Assembly: GCA_964448685.1 (NCBI GenBank)
Contig: CAYUWR010000010.1
Span: forward strand, 65,144-129,143
Length of the DNA: 64,000 nt
DNA from: an uncultured Nitrososphaeria archaeon
GTDB lineage: Archaea > Thermoproteota > Nitrososphaeria > JACIWG01
Direction of reading: 5' to 3'
Below the pieces are notes generated by a model. It was not told where the DNA came from. It searched no databases and saw only the letters and a list, made by a program, of their open reading frames with translations. The translations under genes and the position numbers were made by a program. Positions 62,764-64,000 of the stretch are shown here, one piece after another; position 1 is the stretch's first letter; the number at the start of each line of letters is the position of its first letter.

Positions 62764-63846
62764 CTATCTGGTTCTGGGCTGTGTCAGCGCAGCCCCTGCC
62801 ACAGACATATAGCCTATGGCCCGCTTCATTATATTGTATGCTCCGTTATAGTCGGCGTTGTATCCGTGCCCACAGTTCATGCATGTGAAACGACCTCCGA
62901 CCCGAAGGCCTTTCCCTCCACAGTTATGGCATAGCTGAGACATGTATGCTTCGTTTATTTTGATCATGGGAATGGCGAGCCAAGAAGCCTTGTATTCTAT
63001 GAACTTTGTGAGCCTGTAGAATGGGAGGCTGTTCAGTCTCCTGTTGAAAGACCTGCTTTTGCAGTTGGCCCTTATCCCCTTCAAATCTCCAAGGACAATT
63101 GTTGCGTTGTTTCTATCAGCTTCCTCCACAATCCTCTTGCTTATTATATGAAGGATTGCATCTACCCTTCTCCTTTCATGGTTGCCTATCTTCTTGATCG
63201 TGCAATAGGCGTTCTTCTTCTGAAGTTTCCGCCTCAAGTTGAAGAAGTGCCCCCTGACCTTACTTAACTCTTTCCCATAGAACTTTGGCCTTGGATTGTG
63301 TGAATTCACTGTTGTGGTCATGTTCCTTATTCCCATATCAACAGCAAGTATGGAATCTGTCTTTCTCTCTTGAACCTCTTTTTCGATTGTGATGTAGACA
63401 TACCATTCTTCGCCTTCTTTGATTATCTTCGCTTCCTTCATTCTTGCTCCTTCCGGTATTGGGGAAGAAAATGCGATTGGGCAGTTTATTCCACCTCTCT
63501 TTCCTGCAACTGGGATCCTTATCCAGTAAGGTGTCAGCTTTGTATCCTCCTTATGAATGTCGTAGACGTCGTTCCGCAATACCAATGGATAGTCTTTTGC
63601 GGGGTCAACCTTTCCACCATTCTGTCCTCTTAGTCTCATGAGGAACCTCTCAGCCTGCTGTCTTGTTGCAAAATATAACTTGACGCTTTTATCTCCCCTC
63701 AGGTATCTCTGATAGTTTTCATATTCTTGTTCGAGAAGCCGTCTTTTTCCTTCTCTCAGTTCAAGAATCTTTACCTTTATCGTCTTCTTTGCGAGCATGA
63801 GCGACTCGCTCAAAAGAGTGTTGAAGAGAGCTGTATTTAAGCTCAT
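62764..63846 (-). mobile_element. tnpB: TnpB (IS200/IS605-family OrfB, RuvC-like RNA-guided nuclease family)
   Basis: 360 aa. RuvC-I is ILAVDMGIRN. The RuvC-II region is ATIVLGDLKGIR, with Gly where Glu is expected. The zinc ribbon is CHNCGG...CMNCGH. RuvC-III is NADYNGAYNI. A 7-bp hairpin ACATCCT-n11-AGGATGT (62699-62723) lies just 3' of the stop, where omega-RNA / right-end structure is expected. Confidence 0.85.
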
Positions 63847-64000
63847 TCACTCCACCAATAAATAGTGTGCGCTTTCTGCGCTACATGGGTAAGCATTTGA
63901 CTTCATGCCATTGACAGATAGACAGGAATTGGCGAATGTTGTATCGAACGTACTGTCTTCGCCGGTTATAAGCTCGATCTTTAGTATACTTGCTCCCTTT

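Noticed and set aside
63884-64000. Open reading frame running off the window end, upstream of tnpB on the minus strand (...KDRAYNRRRQYVRYNIRQFLSICQWHEVKCLPM*), as a possible 3' end of a tnpA gene
   Set aside because: Only 39 codons are visible. The resemblance to the YIxNQ C-terminus of Y1 transposases is too loose to support a call, and sequence beyond 64000 is needed.
1-64000. CRISPR arrays, rRNA genes, and large direct or inverted repeats
   Set aside because: Reading through the intergenic regions, I found no regularly spaced repeats of 24-40 bp and no rRNA-like sequence. An exhaustive repeat search cannot be done by eye, so small or diverged repeats may have been missed.

Overview
This window is an archaeal chromosomal segment, coding-dense on both strands and dominated by housekeeping genes. 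The archaeal assignment rests on MCM, GINS, RFC, Hel308, aIF6, prefoldin, Spt5, P0/P1, PurP, archaeal DtdA and AglH. I cannot place the lineage from sequence alone. The gene content looks like an uncultured TACK/Bathyarchaeia-like archaeon, but that is a guess.

Gene content by region:
- 1-20 kb: metabolic and membrane genes. These include a LonC-like protease fragment, a Moco oxidoreductase, a HerA-like ATPase, tandem purP paralogs, two URO-D/MtaA-like genes, an acid-sugar kinase + PdxA-family + OCD-family operon, and a large secreted protein.
- 20.5-31.9 kb: a replication/repair block. GINS-MCM-Hel308 are tightly packed on the minus strand, followed by purB and an AsnB-like gene. rfcS is divergent. 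The MCM gene carries two large LAGLIDADG inteins.
- 31.9-47.7 kb: hisS, a PhoU-like regulator, tRNA-Gln, an N-glycan/UDP-sugar cluster with aglH, mtnA, tRNA-Arg, hom, tRNA-Leu, divergent pyrB/pyrI, aIF6, pfdA, ftsY, argF and dtdA.
- 47.7-50.8 kb: secE-spt5-rpl11-rpl1-rpl10(P0), with rpl12(P1) unexpectedly on the opposite strand.
- 50.9-57.8 kb: alaS, leuS, a PAC2-family chaperone and hsp20.
- 58-64 kb: the accessory-looking end. It holds a clan GH-A-like hydrolase, TauE, an AT-rich stretch with a truncated sulfatase-superfamily gene and a Gfo/Idh/MocA gene, tRNA-Ala and a TnpB (IS200/IS605 OrfB).

I saw no rRNA genes and no CRISPR array.

I did not find a convincing novel multi-gene system. 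The observations most worth follow-up are:
- The inverted P1 gene abutting a tail-less P0.
- A TnpB whose RuvC-II glutamate position reads Gly.
- A candidate degraded tRNA-Ala-associated island, bounded by a 14/16 direct repeat of the tRNA 3' end.
- The double-intein MCM.
- A wHTH-VIT1 fusion protein.
- A perfect 27-bp in-frame tandem duplication.

All functional calls come from motif recognition by eye. No searches were run.
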